From Antedon mediterranea (Eukaryota; Animalia; Echinodermata), in NCBI RefSeq assembly GCF_964355755.1, contig NC_092670.1:9414201-9478200 (forward strand): DNA of 64,000 bases, written 5' to 3'. The notes under the pieces are model-generated. The model searched no databases. It was not told where the DNA came from and was given only the letters and a program-made list of their open reading frames with translations. The number at the start of each line of letters is the position of its first letter. Within the stretch, counting starts at the first letter, position 1. Positions 21,501 to 34,900 of this stretch are shown here, in pieces. A program made the translations under genes and the position numbers.

Positions 21501-23841
21501 CGTTCTCTCAATGCCGGGGTCATCAAACAATAACTACAGTATATTTAGATTCAAACAGAAATACAAAATTTCCCAGCAATGGTAAAATAGCTTACAGATG
21601 GACAATATAAAGAATTTCTGCAATTTATGTTCAAAATGTTCTGATAACCATAGAGATATCATAGTAGAGCCATCTCTATGTGATTACAGTAGATAGATTA
21701 GATTTCTTTAGCTTATTTATATAGTAGTAGTATCTATAATACGTACAGTACATGTGGAAGTTTTGTTCACAGTTACTGTATAACGAACATTAGGTTTTTT
21801 TTTTCATTGGGGGAAAAAATGGTTAAGAGTGTCTTGTTCAAAATTTTGTTCGAGAAAGAGGCTTATTATTATTCAAACATACAGCTGATTTGGAAATTCC
21901 CACTTTTGGAAAAAGTTGAGTTATTTCATTAAATGTTCACAAATGTGCAAATAATTACTGTAGGTAAATCTGATTTTAGTATTAAATAATATATTTCTTT
22001 TGAAATACAGTATTAACTGTTTTACCTGTAATTTTAATTCTTTAAAGATGTATTGTCCATTTGACAAATTAAAAAAAAAAATAAAAAATAAAAGATTTCG
22101 AAAATAGGTGGGTTATTTTGAAGTATCATAATAGTTATTAACTTTCACCAAAAATTAGTCGAAAAAAAAATCATTTAACTGAAATACAGACGTTTTTTTA
22201 TTCAAAAAATAACTTTGACTTCCAGTCAATGTTTTCAATCAAAACATATCCCATAATGCAATGCGCTTGTTTGGCTACTCTGTATGCATATCATAAAACT
22301 TCCTTGCGATCTGTGTGAAAACACCTTCTCAACCAGGACGAGTTGTTAACAATCCTAATTAGCATATGCATAATGCATACTGGTGGTTTGAAATCTTTGT
22401 TTACTTTCGCTCGTGACGATTTTCCAGATGAAATTTAATCAAACTAATTTACCTGTTAATTATGTAAACGTGTTGTTTTTGGCTCGAATTTTCGGCTTAA
22501 AGTGAATAACTTAATATTACTTTGATATGGCCAATTTAAATTTATAATATTTTGACCTTCATTTTTTGTGTTTCAAGGGACATATCTTTAATTACAGTAC
22601 AGTAGTTCATTTCAGAAAGAATACTGTAAATAATTTAAAAAAAATTACAGTAGTAGCTACCCAACTCTAAAGACTAATAAACATTTCCTGATGAATTCAT
22701 AGAATAAAAAAGTCAGTGCAAAAACGAAACTTACCGCCACTGGCAATAAAGTGTTTATTTCGAGGAAATCGTTATACTGTACATAAATACAATTACATTG
22801 TGTCCCCATACTATTGTAAGCTCTAGTTAAAACATCTAATGATTTCCCCTTGTAGTTTTTACAAGACAAGTGTGCCCTTAACAGACCTCCCAACTTGGAA
22901 AAATGAAATATCACGAGGATTTTTGAAAGCATGCCCAAACTATAGGGCGCTATTAATTAACAAAATAGAAAGATATTTACATCTATAATAGTAAACATGG
23001 ATATTTCATGATATACCAAACGTGAAAAATGTCAAGAATATTGTATTTTAGCAGGAAATGATCGGGAAACTATTGCAATTATCTGGATGCTTTTTTATGT
23101 TTATCAAAAATATTGGGAAAAATTATAATTTAGCTGGAGATTGGGTGGTAATAGATTTGTCTCAAAGGAGGGATTATACTGTGCCAACAAATATGGTAAT
23201 ATAGTAACATTAAACAACGAAGTACTATTATAAATATCTTTTATTATTAGGTTTATTATAATTTTTGTATTGATGACATGCTTTGGTGGGTGTGGCTACT
23301 ACAGGAGACAATACATCCATACAAGCACCGGGCAACGCATACCAGTAAACCAAACAACTTACCTTACAGCAGGTGTACAACCAACTGTGGTACCGGTTCA
23401 TGGCCCATACCAACAATCAGCTGCAATGGCCCCAGCAGGAGCATTCCAATCTCCTCCCCCATACAGTGAGGTAAGGCTTTTGATTTTACTCAGTGATGTT
23501 CACCAGAACATGTGAGTCTTTGGAATATTATTATATATATATTTTGAAATATATAAAATACTGTATATATATTTCTCGCATATCCAGCATTTTAAATAGT
23601 GGGGTATAGTCCCTAAACATTTTAAAATGGGTTGAACCTAAATACTCTCTGTTTTTATTTTCAGGTGACAAAACAAAATGTGTACCCACCAAATCCCGCT
23701 CAAGCACAATATTATCAATATCAGTCACAGTTTTACCCGTATCCAGCTGCTGCTCAACCAACGCATAACTTACCCCCTCCCCCAGAATATGTACCGCCAC
23801 AAGGTACAATTCAAACAACAACCACAGAGAATGCATCGTAG
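18538..23841 (+). CDS. VOPP1: VOPP1/WBP1-family single-pass membrane protein with PPxY motifs, 5 exons, 191 aa
   Basis: Exons 18538-18597, 19045-19076, 19253-19339, 23251-23470 and 23665-23841 (GT-AG, phases consistent, 576 nt). The protein has a signal peptide MYWNILKYILPLITFYLVTG, a Cys-rich ectodomain DCGGQHYCDDYDQYCCNIDECC, then LWYFW plus a TM segment FIIIFVLMTCFGGCGYYRR, and a Pro/Gln/Tyr-rich tail with PPPYSEV and PPPPEY. The family call is firm; exact orthology (VOPP1 versus WBP1) is less so. Confidence 0.85.
20198..21442. repeat. Near-perfect tandem triplication (411/414/414 bp) in intron 3 of the VOPP1-like gene
   Basis: Units start ACTGAGATCCACGTGCTGG at 20198, 20609 and 21023. 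Copy 1 differs from the others by one AAT unit and a couple of substitutions. Confidence 0.95.
22046..22587. mobile_element. Kolobok-type non-autonomous element
   Basis: TTAA|AGATGTATTGTCC...GGGACATATCT|TTAA. Confidence 0.65.
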
Positions 23842-26329
23842 TCGGATTTGAGTGAACAATTTTCGTTTGATTAAAAATGAAATATTTTGTTATAATAAAA
23901 TTAAACTACAGTTTATGTATTTTCACTCTTTTAATTGGCATACATTGTAACTAATTGCTTTTGTTGTTAAAAATGAATTATTTTCTGAATATGTAAATTT
24001 CCAGAAATAATGACAAACATATTTTTTTTTTTTTGCTGATTATAATGTATATATTTAAAATCAATACTTTTATTGGAAATTATTAATAACTTGTCCATTT
24101 TTTGTATAGGAAAAATACTGACAGTGTAATTTCTTACATTTCTTAAGATAGGATTTTGAATGTTGATAACTAGATTCGGTATCATGATTTTAAAATGGAA
24201 ATTCTAAATTGATATACATACTTACAAGGGATTTAAATATTACCACAATAAGTTTGCCCTCTGACCCTCAGAAAAAGGTTACGACTGAGTAGGTCGACAG
24301 TATTTTAGCCAGAATGGTGGTGGAAGATAAATAAGGAAGTCTTCTATTAGTACATTTTAAATGTTTTAAGTGATTGATTATGTAAAGTTTTACTTGTTTT
24401 AACTATGACTTGTATACTCTAAAACACAGGCCCTGTTCAGACCTACAGACTTATGATCTTGTATTTGGTAAGTCCTCCATAAGGTGATAGAAAATATAAG
24501 TCTATGAAAGTAATGCATCAATGATTTTGACCTTTTAAATCAAATCACCAACCAATCAAATTGATTCTTGCATACCATAGTTTGGTGACACAAAACCATA
24601 ACTTTGTACATCTGAACACACCCTTAATTACAATGGATATGTGTTAAATAAAGTTATTTTAAGTTACACAGACACATATACAGTACTCAGAATTGTTTTT
24701 CTTTAAATCCATGTTAGCACTATTACTGGTACAGTACTTATAATATTAATTTTGTAATATTGTAAATAATAAATATTACACTAGTAAAGAAAACGATGAA
24801 CCAATCATCATAAAATCATGGTTTTTTAGTTCAACATCACCCTTATTATTGAGACCAAAAGAGATGAGGAATGCAGGGTGTGGTTTACAAGCAGTACCAC
24901 GCAGTGGCTACTGTATGTGAGGGGACAAAATAGAAAAATGATCACTGCAGATGGTCGTACAATGGCTTAATAAAACAAAACAACAATTCAGTTATGTTTC
25001 TAATCTAGGAGAAAATGTGGAAAAGTCTCGCCATGTGTGTACTGTAAGTGGGCAGACATGAACACCTTTTGACCATATTATGATGTATCTTGCGTAAATG
25101 TAAACCCAAAAAAAGTCTCTAGAATTCTCTAAACCCAACAGAACTCTTCAGCAGCAGAGGAGTTTATAAAATAATACTTTGGATTGGAGGTAATCGTCAT
25201 GACGAGATTGGGCCATAAAATTATAAAGAGTTTTCAATTTACTAATCTGCTGCCATCTAGAGTAGAAATTCTACAAAAAAATCTACATTTATGAAAATAA
25301 GTTTTGACCAAAAAGGATACAAATTAATCAAGTGTCCAAGCCAGTCACATGAACTTAAAATGATCAAATTATGTGTTCAGTCTAATCACCTTAGCTTGAA
25401 CAAAAAATAAAAACATTAATTACGTATTTGACATTTTATTTAGCATATTAAAGACTAACATTAATAAAGATATTAACAGAGATGATTTTATTAGCTGCAA
25501 ACAGCACTATCTACAACTAAAGAAATTAGCTAAAAACTAAACTAAAATACTTTTTAATAAGGAAAGTTATGAAAATTAATTGATTTCAATTGTACCTTGA
25601 AAATAGAATACAGAGAGCCTTAAACAATTACTACTGTACTACATGAAAGATACATTCAATTTTCAGAGACAAATAAAATATTGAACTCAAAAGGAAAATT
25701 TGAGTAAAACAGCATATTTACAGCTTTACAAAAAATTAAACCTAGCAATCTAAAACATACACAATAAATGTAAAAAAGGAGTGCTATCCAAACAAAAAAA
25801 TATCTACCTTTCATTTTCATGATACCCACTACACGACCATGCTATTGAGTCTAACAGCTCATCTTCATACGGTTTCTGAGCATTCATAGAATGACAGCAG
25901 CATCATTGGGTCATGAAAAAGCACCAATATATTATGGAATTTACTCATAACATATCCTTTAACATTTCACACTTACTTTACGAAGAATTAGTAATAGCTA
26001 TAGTTTCATGCATTTATTTTTTGTATTTTTTTCCTTTAACAAACTTAATTGGCATCAGCATTACATTTTATTCTTAAACAATACATTTAATAAATATTAA
26101 ATCTAAATAATTAAAATTACTGCATCTGATGATTTGTCTGTGGTTGCCAAACTCTCATTTGCTGACTCGCATTTTAACCTGGTTTCATATTGAAATACTG
26201 ATCAACATTATCACATCCAGAGGGATGTTTTTGTGATCTGCTTTCTTGACCATCCTGATGAAATGCCGAAATGATGGTCTAAATAGTTTGGTGCCATGGG
26301 CATTTATTAACCAGGTGAACTGGTGGTAA

Positions 26330-26562
26330 ACTTAGTTCATCGGTTTGCTGACTGGATCATTATAATGAACTGGTTAGGTAATCGATTGACTTGGTGCTTT
26401 ACCTATAATTGAACTGGTTAAGTAATCCATTGACTTGGTGCTTTAACCAACACTGAACTGGTTAGGTAAATCCATTGACTTGATGTTTTTATCTTCTACT
26501 GGTGACTTTTGTTTTGTATCTGAGCCATTTTATATAGATCAATCCATTGACTTGGTGGTTTA
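26330..26562. repeat. Degenerate repeat of about 40 bp (4-5 copies) at the start of the SMARCD 3' UTR
   Basis: GAACTGGTTAGGTAATCCATTGACTTGGTGCTTTA recurs at about 26367, 26411 and 26455, with a partial copy at 26541. Confidence 0.7.
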
Positions 26563-26563
26563 C

Positions 26564-29500
26564 TTAGGTAGTGTTAATTTGAATGGTCTGTTCTAGTACA
26601 GCTCGGCGCTGCTGTACCTTGCTGTAGAAGTATCTAAACACTGCTTCCTGGGTCCATGGCATGTTGTATGATTCTGATCGTCTCTCCTCCTCTGGATTTC
26701 CCACAACATCTGTCATTGTCTGAAAAAAAATTTATTCAGTTTTCATTTACTTTTCATTTAAACAATGACTTGATTAAAAGGTTAACTTGAAATTCATTAA
26801 TTTAAGAAACAAAATAAGAAACACAACAAGTTTTAAAACATATTCCATTATAAAAATGAAATTGTAAACAATTATTTCAATTCAATCTTTATTGCTGATC
26901 TTTACTTTTGGATGACATCTAAAAATGATAATCTTCCAGAAAGCAATTTAGGTAATTGAATTGCTTAATAGAGTGTGGTGCAGTGTCTTGTGCATTTGGA
27001 CTACTTTTGTCCTGTAGTAAAAAAACTACCCATTTGTCTCACTCTATCCAGGTGTATTAATAATGGGTACCTGGTCAAACACAACTGCACTGGTTACTAG
27101 CTGCAACATTACCGAAGCTAAGTATGTGTTCCACATGACTGAAGTAATGTAAAGTGTTTGAGATGTTGAGCTATTTAAGATCAACATATGTATTTGGTTG
27201 CTTTATTCATAGAAAATTATGGAGAATTAATATATAATAGAAGTTGTATGGTACAAAAGATATTTTTTTGGAGCATTACTTAAAAACTGAGGAAAAAAAC
27301 AATAACAGGCACATCAAACAAAAGTAAATGTCAGAACATGAAGCCCTAATGGGCGATGAAGCTATAAAAGTTCTAGGGTCTCAAACATGATAATTAAAGT
27401 AGCGAAGTACTTAATGCATTTAGTCTTATTTTCTTTGTTAGGCACTGTCAGTTATGATTTACTGAAAAACTTATCAATATATTCCTTCTGTTTGAAATTA
27501 ACAACACTGGATGAAAAAAGTAACATGAAAAATGATAGCAGTTCATGAAAACACTTGGAACAATTTAGAATATAACCAAGATAGCGGGCGGATCTAAGCA
27601 AGTGGAGGCCAACACAATATACCATGTAAAATATAGAACCCGTTTTAGATCAGTATTTTATTTTAGAATTTGTAGTCTGGATCTCTACCACTGAACATTC
27701 TGTTTTCTTTTAAAATGGAGGCAAACCAGACCAATTATCAGTACTGTATCTAAATTTCTTCATGATCATAGGAAAATCACATGTGTTTCACATGTATCAC
27801 CAACTATCATAGACAATAACTTAACCTTACATGATACAGGAACGCCATATGATACAAATGAGATGCTGTATTTACAGAATTTTCCTACGATACTGGGGAA
27901 ATATTTTTGCATGTGGAGAAGTAGCACCAGGTATAAAATGTAATTTAAAGTTCACTGTAAAAAAACATCACATTGCATATGCCAACAACTATAACAACAT
28001 TACTAAATGTTGATAAAATATATGAAGATATACATGAGTGCATTCCTGCTTATCACTGATAAAGCTACCTCCCTGGATGTCAAATATTATATTCTGTCCT
28101 ACAATTATGCTATACGAAACTACAGTATGACCTGAAAAGAAGCATGTTTCCGATCAATCGCCAGTCCACTTCGCGTTTTGTGTAAATGGTCATTAGAAAT
28201 AACATAGATTCTATATTTTTCGTTTCCGAACAATTTACCGTTACTACTCGTCTGTGTAAATTGGACTTAATGGAAGATTAAAGTTGTTGCATGTGATTTG
28301 TATGTTATGTTATATGCCCCTTATAGATATGAATCTATTGTGGAGCACATTCTAAGTAATTTAAAAGAATTTATAACAATTAGTTTGTATTGAAAATAGT
28401 AATTGGAAATGAAAACTGAAACTTGTAATGAATGGATTAGAAACCTATGTAACTGCCACTTTTTTTAGATCTTGCTTCTTCTAACTCAAAATATTATTAA
28501 TATTTAATAAACATTGATATGAGTATTAAAAGATGCAGCAAGATCATTACTATCTTTACCCCAAATATGTGGACAGATTGGCTCTTATTGTCACTATTAA
28601 ACTTTTCAACGCTCTTTTGTTTCTAGTTGCTTTTACATATTAACTGGCAAATTATTACCTTTATGTTAAACCAAAAAAATATATACACAATTGGTAAATA
28701 GCTTTAGTGATGTTTCATTTACATACTGTCAACTTCTTTACAAAAAAGGACATACTTAATTCCATAATTATTTTTTATATAACTATTACCATATTCAGTG
28801 CTCAGGGGTTTGACTTGAATTTAGGGGCAGGTGTCCAAAATTTAAGGAGAGGTGGTGGAAGAAAAACAGTACATATTTAGTTTCTTGGGTGGCTGCTGTG
28901 TTGGAATTAAGTTTAGACAATGGATTGAACAATTTATGAAATCAATAAATGCATACAATTCTGTGAAAACACTCCATTATTTCTCAATGGAGACTATTGC
29001 ACACACATTTTATGTAAGCAATTATTAAATATTATAAAGTAATTATAACCTGCCTGGAATCTGGGGAATTTTAGAACCTTTCATCAAGAACTAGGCTCAG
29101 GTTTCTCAGGGATACATTTGTACAATCCTTTCTGTCATGCGAGAATTTACTTATGTGACAATAATCAAATGTAAAGTAACAGTCACAAAAGTATACCTAG
29201 AATTGTACATGTTTCTCAAAACGTTCCATTTTTGTAAACAACTGGACGAATTTGTCCAACAGGGGTATTCTGGAAAACGTCCGAGATTAGAACAGAATGT
29301 CAAAAATCGAGGCTCATGTCCGTGACCCCACCTCAATTAATTACAAAGTGACCTACATATCGGATTAAAATAACAACATACCTTTAGCCACTAAAACTAG
29401 GGCAATTTTTTATTGTTCACTTTTAAACACAGGTCTAGAAAATGCCTAGGAAATGCACAGCTGGGATGGAAGTGTCTTTTAACAGTACCCCATGTATGGA

Positions 29501-31889
29501 ACAATTTCAAATAAAAATTTGTCATCTCATTCTCCAAATGCTACTGCATATAAGAATTCCAATTTTATGTCCTGCTTAGTATCAGAAAAATTGTAACATG
29601 ACTGTCCTAGGTTTACAAGCCGCTGTTAAGTCTATACATTTGACAGTACGTTGCATAGAACATACTAAAAAGTGAGGAAAGGATTGACCGTTATCAACTC
29701 AGTAGAGAATAGATTCGATTAAAAAACTATGTTTCAGTCCCACGAAGCATACCTGTCTACAATAGCATGCAGTCATAAACTTTACATATTTTTTCATGCC
29801 AAGCCATGTGGATCATGTGTGTTCCAGTAGCGTGAACTAAATGGGATACTATTGCATTTTTATTCCCAGTACCTCTTTACACACCTGGGTAAACAATGAT
29901 TAATAAAGTGTCTTATTAAGGACTAAAGCCAAGAGCACAATATGGTATCTCAAGATCAAGAGACCTAGGATGGCATTAAGAAAGCTAGTTAATATCGAAC
30001 TTTTTTTTTTCTCATGGAATGTAAAGATTTTTCATTAAATGATTTGCTTAGGTTATGTTGAAAAATTGACTTAAAACAAAGATAAGATGATTTTTTTTTT
30101 GGTAAATCTGATCAACAAGCTGCAACAACTGACTTTCTAAGACCCTTTTACACTTCTGATTCGGGCCTGGGCCAGCAATTGATAATATTCCACAAAGTTA
30201 GTCAAGCCCTGGTCCAGACTCGGGCCTGGGCCGCCTCTTGAGTGTATGTTCAGGAGTTGCTTTTACTTTTGGCCCAGCTCATGCAGTGGAAAATGAAATA
30301 AATTAATTGTTGGAGCCGTCATTTGGAATGCAAGTGTAAACACACAGGATTGGATTGGATAAATCCTGGAGCGGCCAAGGAGTGGCCAATTAGCGGCCAA
30401 TTAGCAGTCAGGACCCAAATGTATAGGTAAATGGGATCTAAAATTATGTACCTTTAGATCTCTGGTCTGAGAGACTAGCCATTCGTTGATAAACACTTGA
30501 GGATCCCGTGCAAAACCAAGCATGAACTCACGTTGGATCTTCAGCTGGTTGATGGTTTCAACAGTCTCATGAATCTAAAGATTAAAGTTAAATCATCAAT
30601 GTATTAAGCTCTGTCTACACTATCAAACTAGTTTGACAAAACAAAATGTGATGTGCCCAAATATAACAGTGATATGTGCAAATATGATAGTGATATGACA
30701 TCATCATGTCCATATATGGGCACATCACATTCTTTTGTCACATAAAGTTGATAGTGTAGACAGATCTTTAATCATTTATTATACAAAGGAGAAGTAAGTT
30801 GTTCACAGGGATACTCTCATCATATTAATGCCTCTAGAAAAATGATTAATGCCTCTAAAAAGATTATTAATGGTCTTATTCAGGCTTCGCCCTTTTTGTA
30901 AACAAATTGATCTTCTCATGTTACCTTAGTTATACGCCGAGAACCTTATTTCAATCAAATAGTGTCAACAGAAAAACATTAACCAAATGCTATCGCAAAA
31001 CATTTTAATTTCTGATCACTACATTTTTTTGGGGTTTATTTTTTGTATAACTTGTAATACCACTTGTATAGCTAATGTATTGTTAAATGTTAAATGTATT
31101 ATTACTGGTTCTCAAGTTTAACTGGAAACTGAGGAAATTTGGATTAGGCCCTCTACGAACCCACGGCAGCCAGCAGTGCAGCACCTACCAGATCAGCACA
31201 CCGGGAAACGATCCCCTACTCTTTTCGAATAGTGTACCAAGTTTAACGTGCACTGTAAAGTATACGGGACCAACGGCTTTACATCCCATCCGAAGGACGA
31301 GACAATGAGAGTAAAGCATCTTGCCTAAGGATGCAATTAGTATGGTACAGATGACCTCGAACCCATGTCTATCACCATGCTAGTCCGATATTACCATTAC
31401 TCCATCACTCTCTGGTGTATATACAGCACCCGTCGCTATTTCTAGACGGTCTCCCATCCAGAACGCAACCGGGGCCAACGTTGCTTAACTTCGGTGATCT
31501 GACGAGAACCGGTATTTCAACGCAGTATGGCCCTAGCAGTACATAGATAAATGTCAAATGAATACTTTTAATTCTAAATTTATCGAATTAGGACATTTTG
31601 TGAACACGGAATATAAATAAATAAAAACCTTATTGTCGAGAGCTTGGATGTCTTGTTGGCTGGCGGTGGACAATAAGAACGATTTCATCTGATCTTTCAA
31701 TGTATCATCCTGAAATTAAAAAAAAGCATAATAATGATTATTTAGGAAAAAAATGAATTGAAATCTAATTATTATTAAGATATACAGTATAATTATAAAC
31801 TGATGTGTCTATTTCACATGGCCAAAATGTTCCTTTTTCATCTGGAACCATTTCATTACAAGAACATTTATTTATTCATTCAATAATGG

Positions 31890-31928
<39 letters not shown>

Positions 31929-34900
31929 TTTTAAAGAACATTATTGGTTTCTTGTGAGAGAAAACTGCATGTTTCTATTTTATTTTAAAGTATAAATATT
32001 ATTAATTTAAAATTTAAAAAAATACAAAAGATAAATATGTAGTTATTCCCTCAAAAAATATGTGTATACTAATATTAGAGATAATGCCAAAAATGATTCT
32101 ACTGCAGTTAATGCATTAAAACTACACTATTTACTGCACAGTAAAGAATAATAAAGAATGTGTATTATTACCCCCCCAAAAAAGCTTGCTGAATATTAAT
32201 TGAAAACATGAAAGGGTAAACAAAATGTAGTTATAGTACTGCAGTAACTGCAGCAGAATGTTGACCCTTATCAGTCGATGCAAAATGTTGGTTTTTCATT
32301 ATTATGATCAATCTATAAGGCTATTGCAAAGATTTGTTGGTATTATATCCCCATTTAAATAAATTTTAGAAATAATAAGTATATATTCATACCACTTCGA
32401 CATCGATGTCATAACACGCAGTTTTCTTCTGGTCTGAACCTTCGACCTGAATTGTATGGTGAATTACGATTGGTTCAGGTGGGTGCAGCAGAGCGTGTAA
32501 TCGCTGTGGAATCTCGGAGAACTTCAAACGAGAACATTCAAAAATCTATGAAATAATGTCATGAAAAATAAGAGATTACTGCATGAAAACATATAAATAG
32601 TAATAAAAGAATTTTAAAGTTGTTTTGTCACCTGTATATTATGCAAGTACATTCTCAACTAGCATAGGTGTTTAGCATAAGTGTTTAGCACCTGTTTGGT
32701 CTTTTATACTTGTCTTGTCTTCTTTGTATTGTGTATGGCAGAAAATTGAATAAATAAATAAATTTTAGTCGGGGAGATTCAAATATCTTGGTCTCAATTT
32801 TACTAGTATGTGTTATTTTTTGATTTATTGATTTTTCTTTCACATTTTTCTTTCACAGTCTTGGTGATAAATATTTTTTGGAGGTGAATCACATTTGTTC
32901 ATCTTCAAAGGTTGCCATATACAGTATGTACGATCAGTAGATGTTTTAAGACTAAATAGCAAGTGATTGTGGCGTCCCATACACGGAAGAAAATGTGTAA
33001 ATAAACTTAGAATCTATACCCGACTTATTTATTACGCAGAAAGCACAAATACTTAGATGAGTCTTTACACTAGTAGATTTAAAATCATTATTTTTAATCA
33101 TGATTACTACTGTAGTTTCATAGTACCAATATGAGTCAGATGAAATCACAGCTGGGTGACCGAGAATAAAAAATGATTCTGCAATTTTTTGTTAGCATTA
33201 CCATACCATCTCACAAACCAGGAAATATATCACATGTTCATGCGAGTGTGGTATAATGTGCAGATATACGAGGTGTGAACGAATTTAGGAATAACATGTT
33301 AGTATGTTTTGAATAGCAATAAAACATGATACAGCTCTCGTTGTATTAAATATTCCTTCTGGGATTAAGTTTTATAATACTTGCATTGGTTTGTTGTATT
33401 TTGTTTTAACCGGTAAAAGATTTATATTATAAAGAAAGTTTGTTGGGCATTTATTATATGTTGTAGACAGGACGGTCAAAAGTTGTTATTAATAGAATTT
33501 TGAATGGACAAAGTACAATGGTGAAATACATTAAAAATAGACCATTCGTCACAAAAATAGTGTACTATTTTAATGAATCACAAGTGGTTACTGGATCAAC
33601 AGGGGTAACTGGATCACCAGGGGTAACTGGAACACAAAGGGGTAACTGGATCACAAAGGGGAGCTGGATCACAAAGGGGAACTGGATTACAAGGGGTAAC
33701 TGGATCAAAAGGGGTAACTGCATCCCAAGGGGTAACTGCATCACAAGGGAGCGGGAGCTGCCTCTGGGTTAATAATAGAAAGGGTAACTGGCTAACAAAA
33801 ATCACAAGAGGTGCTAATAAAAATAAACAGATTTATAACCTTAAAAAAATGGGTGTGAATACTGAACTCAATAATTTAGAATTTGAAAATAAACTGTTTG
33901 GTCAGTCTAGACGAAATATATCACTCTGTTTAAATTTAATTCTTTTCTGGGTCGAGTTTAAGCGGGTGGGTGATATCCTTCTTAAAACCGTCTTCATAAA
34001 ATGCTTATTGTAACATAAATGATGGGCGTGGCTTCACAATCAGGACACATTTGAAAAACACATCAAATTTTGGTCAGTCCAGACAAAATATATCAAAAAT
34101 ATATTAATGTTTAGGTCAACTTTGTAGAAAGTAAGCCAATATCCTTAAATAATGGGCGTGGCTTCACAATCGGGACACAAATTTTGGTCAGTCTAGACAA
34201 AATATATCAACAATTTATTTATTTTGATGTCAAGTTTTAGAGAGTGAGGCAATACTTGATGGTAACCTGTCTTTAGGAAAAGGTTTACAATGTAAAGAAT
34301 GGGCGTGGCTACTGGACACATTTGGAAAATAAGTATAAATTCGGTCAGTGTATTAAAAATATTTTATAATTTTTTTTTTTTTTTTGGTGAAGTTTCAGAG
34401 TGTGGATATCCTTCAAGTTCAGCAATCTGTTTTATAAAAATTTTATGGGTGTGGCTTATTAAATACAACGTTGGTCTTATATTTTATAATTCCATTAGTT
34501 TTTAGGTCAAGTTTGAGAAGCAGTGGTCAGTCCGCCTTTAGGACATACCAACCAAAACATAAAGGGCGTATTCAGAATCAAGAATTTGTTTTTAAATAAA
34601 TAAACTTGGCCATATTAGAAAAAATATAGCACCCTGGAACAATTTTATTTCAGGGGTCTCTCTTTAATTTGGTCACTTATTATTTCATAAATTATTATTT
34701 CATGATTTGACTAGAAGGCCACTCATAATCCCTGAGGAACAACTTTCATAAAACTCTTAATGAATAAATATAAAACAAAATGTTAAATATTAGATTTATT
34801 CTTTTTTTTTTTTCAATTACAATATTAATAGGACCACAATGGCAATAAGTAAGCTTTTCTGTATTTTCTTTTTTTTTTTAAATCTTATTTTCTTTTTAAA

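Noticed and set aside
31422-31532. Functional 5S rRNA gene (also 56590-56703)
   Set aside because: The termini are truncated or diverged, there is no oligo-T terminator, and both copies continue into the same SINE body.
33500-33805. ORFs with GNWITK / DPVTP repeats
   Set aside because: They are the translation of a 17-bp minisatellite whose period is not a multiple of three.
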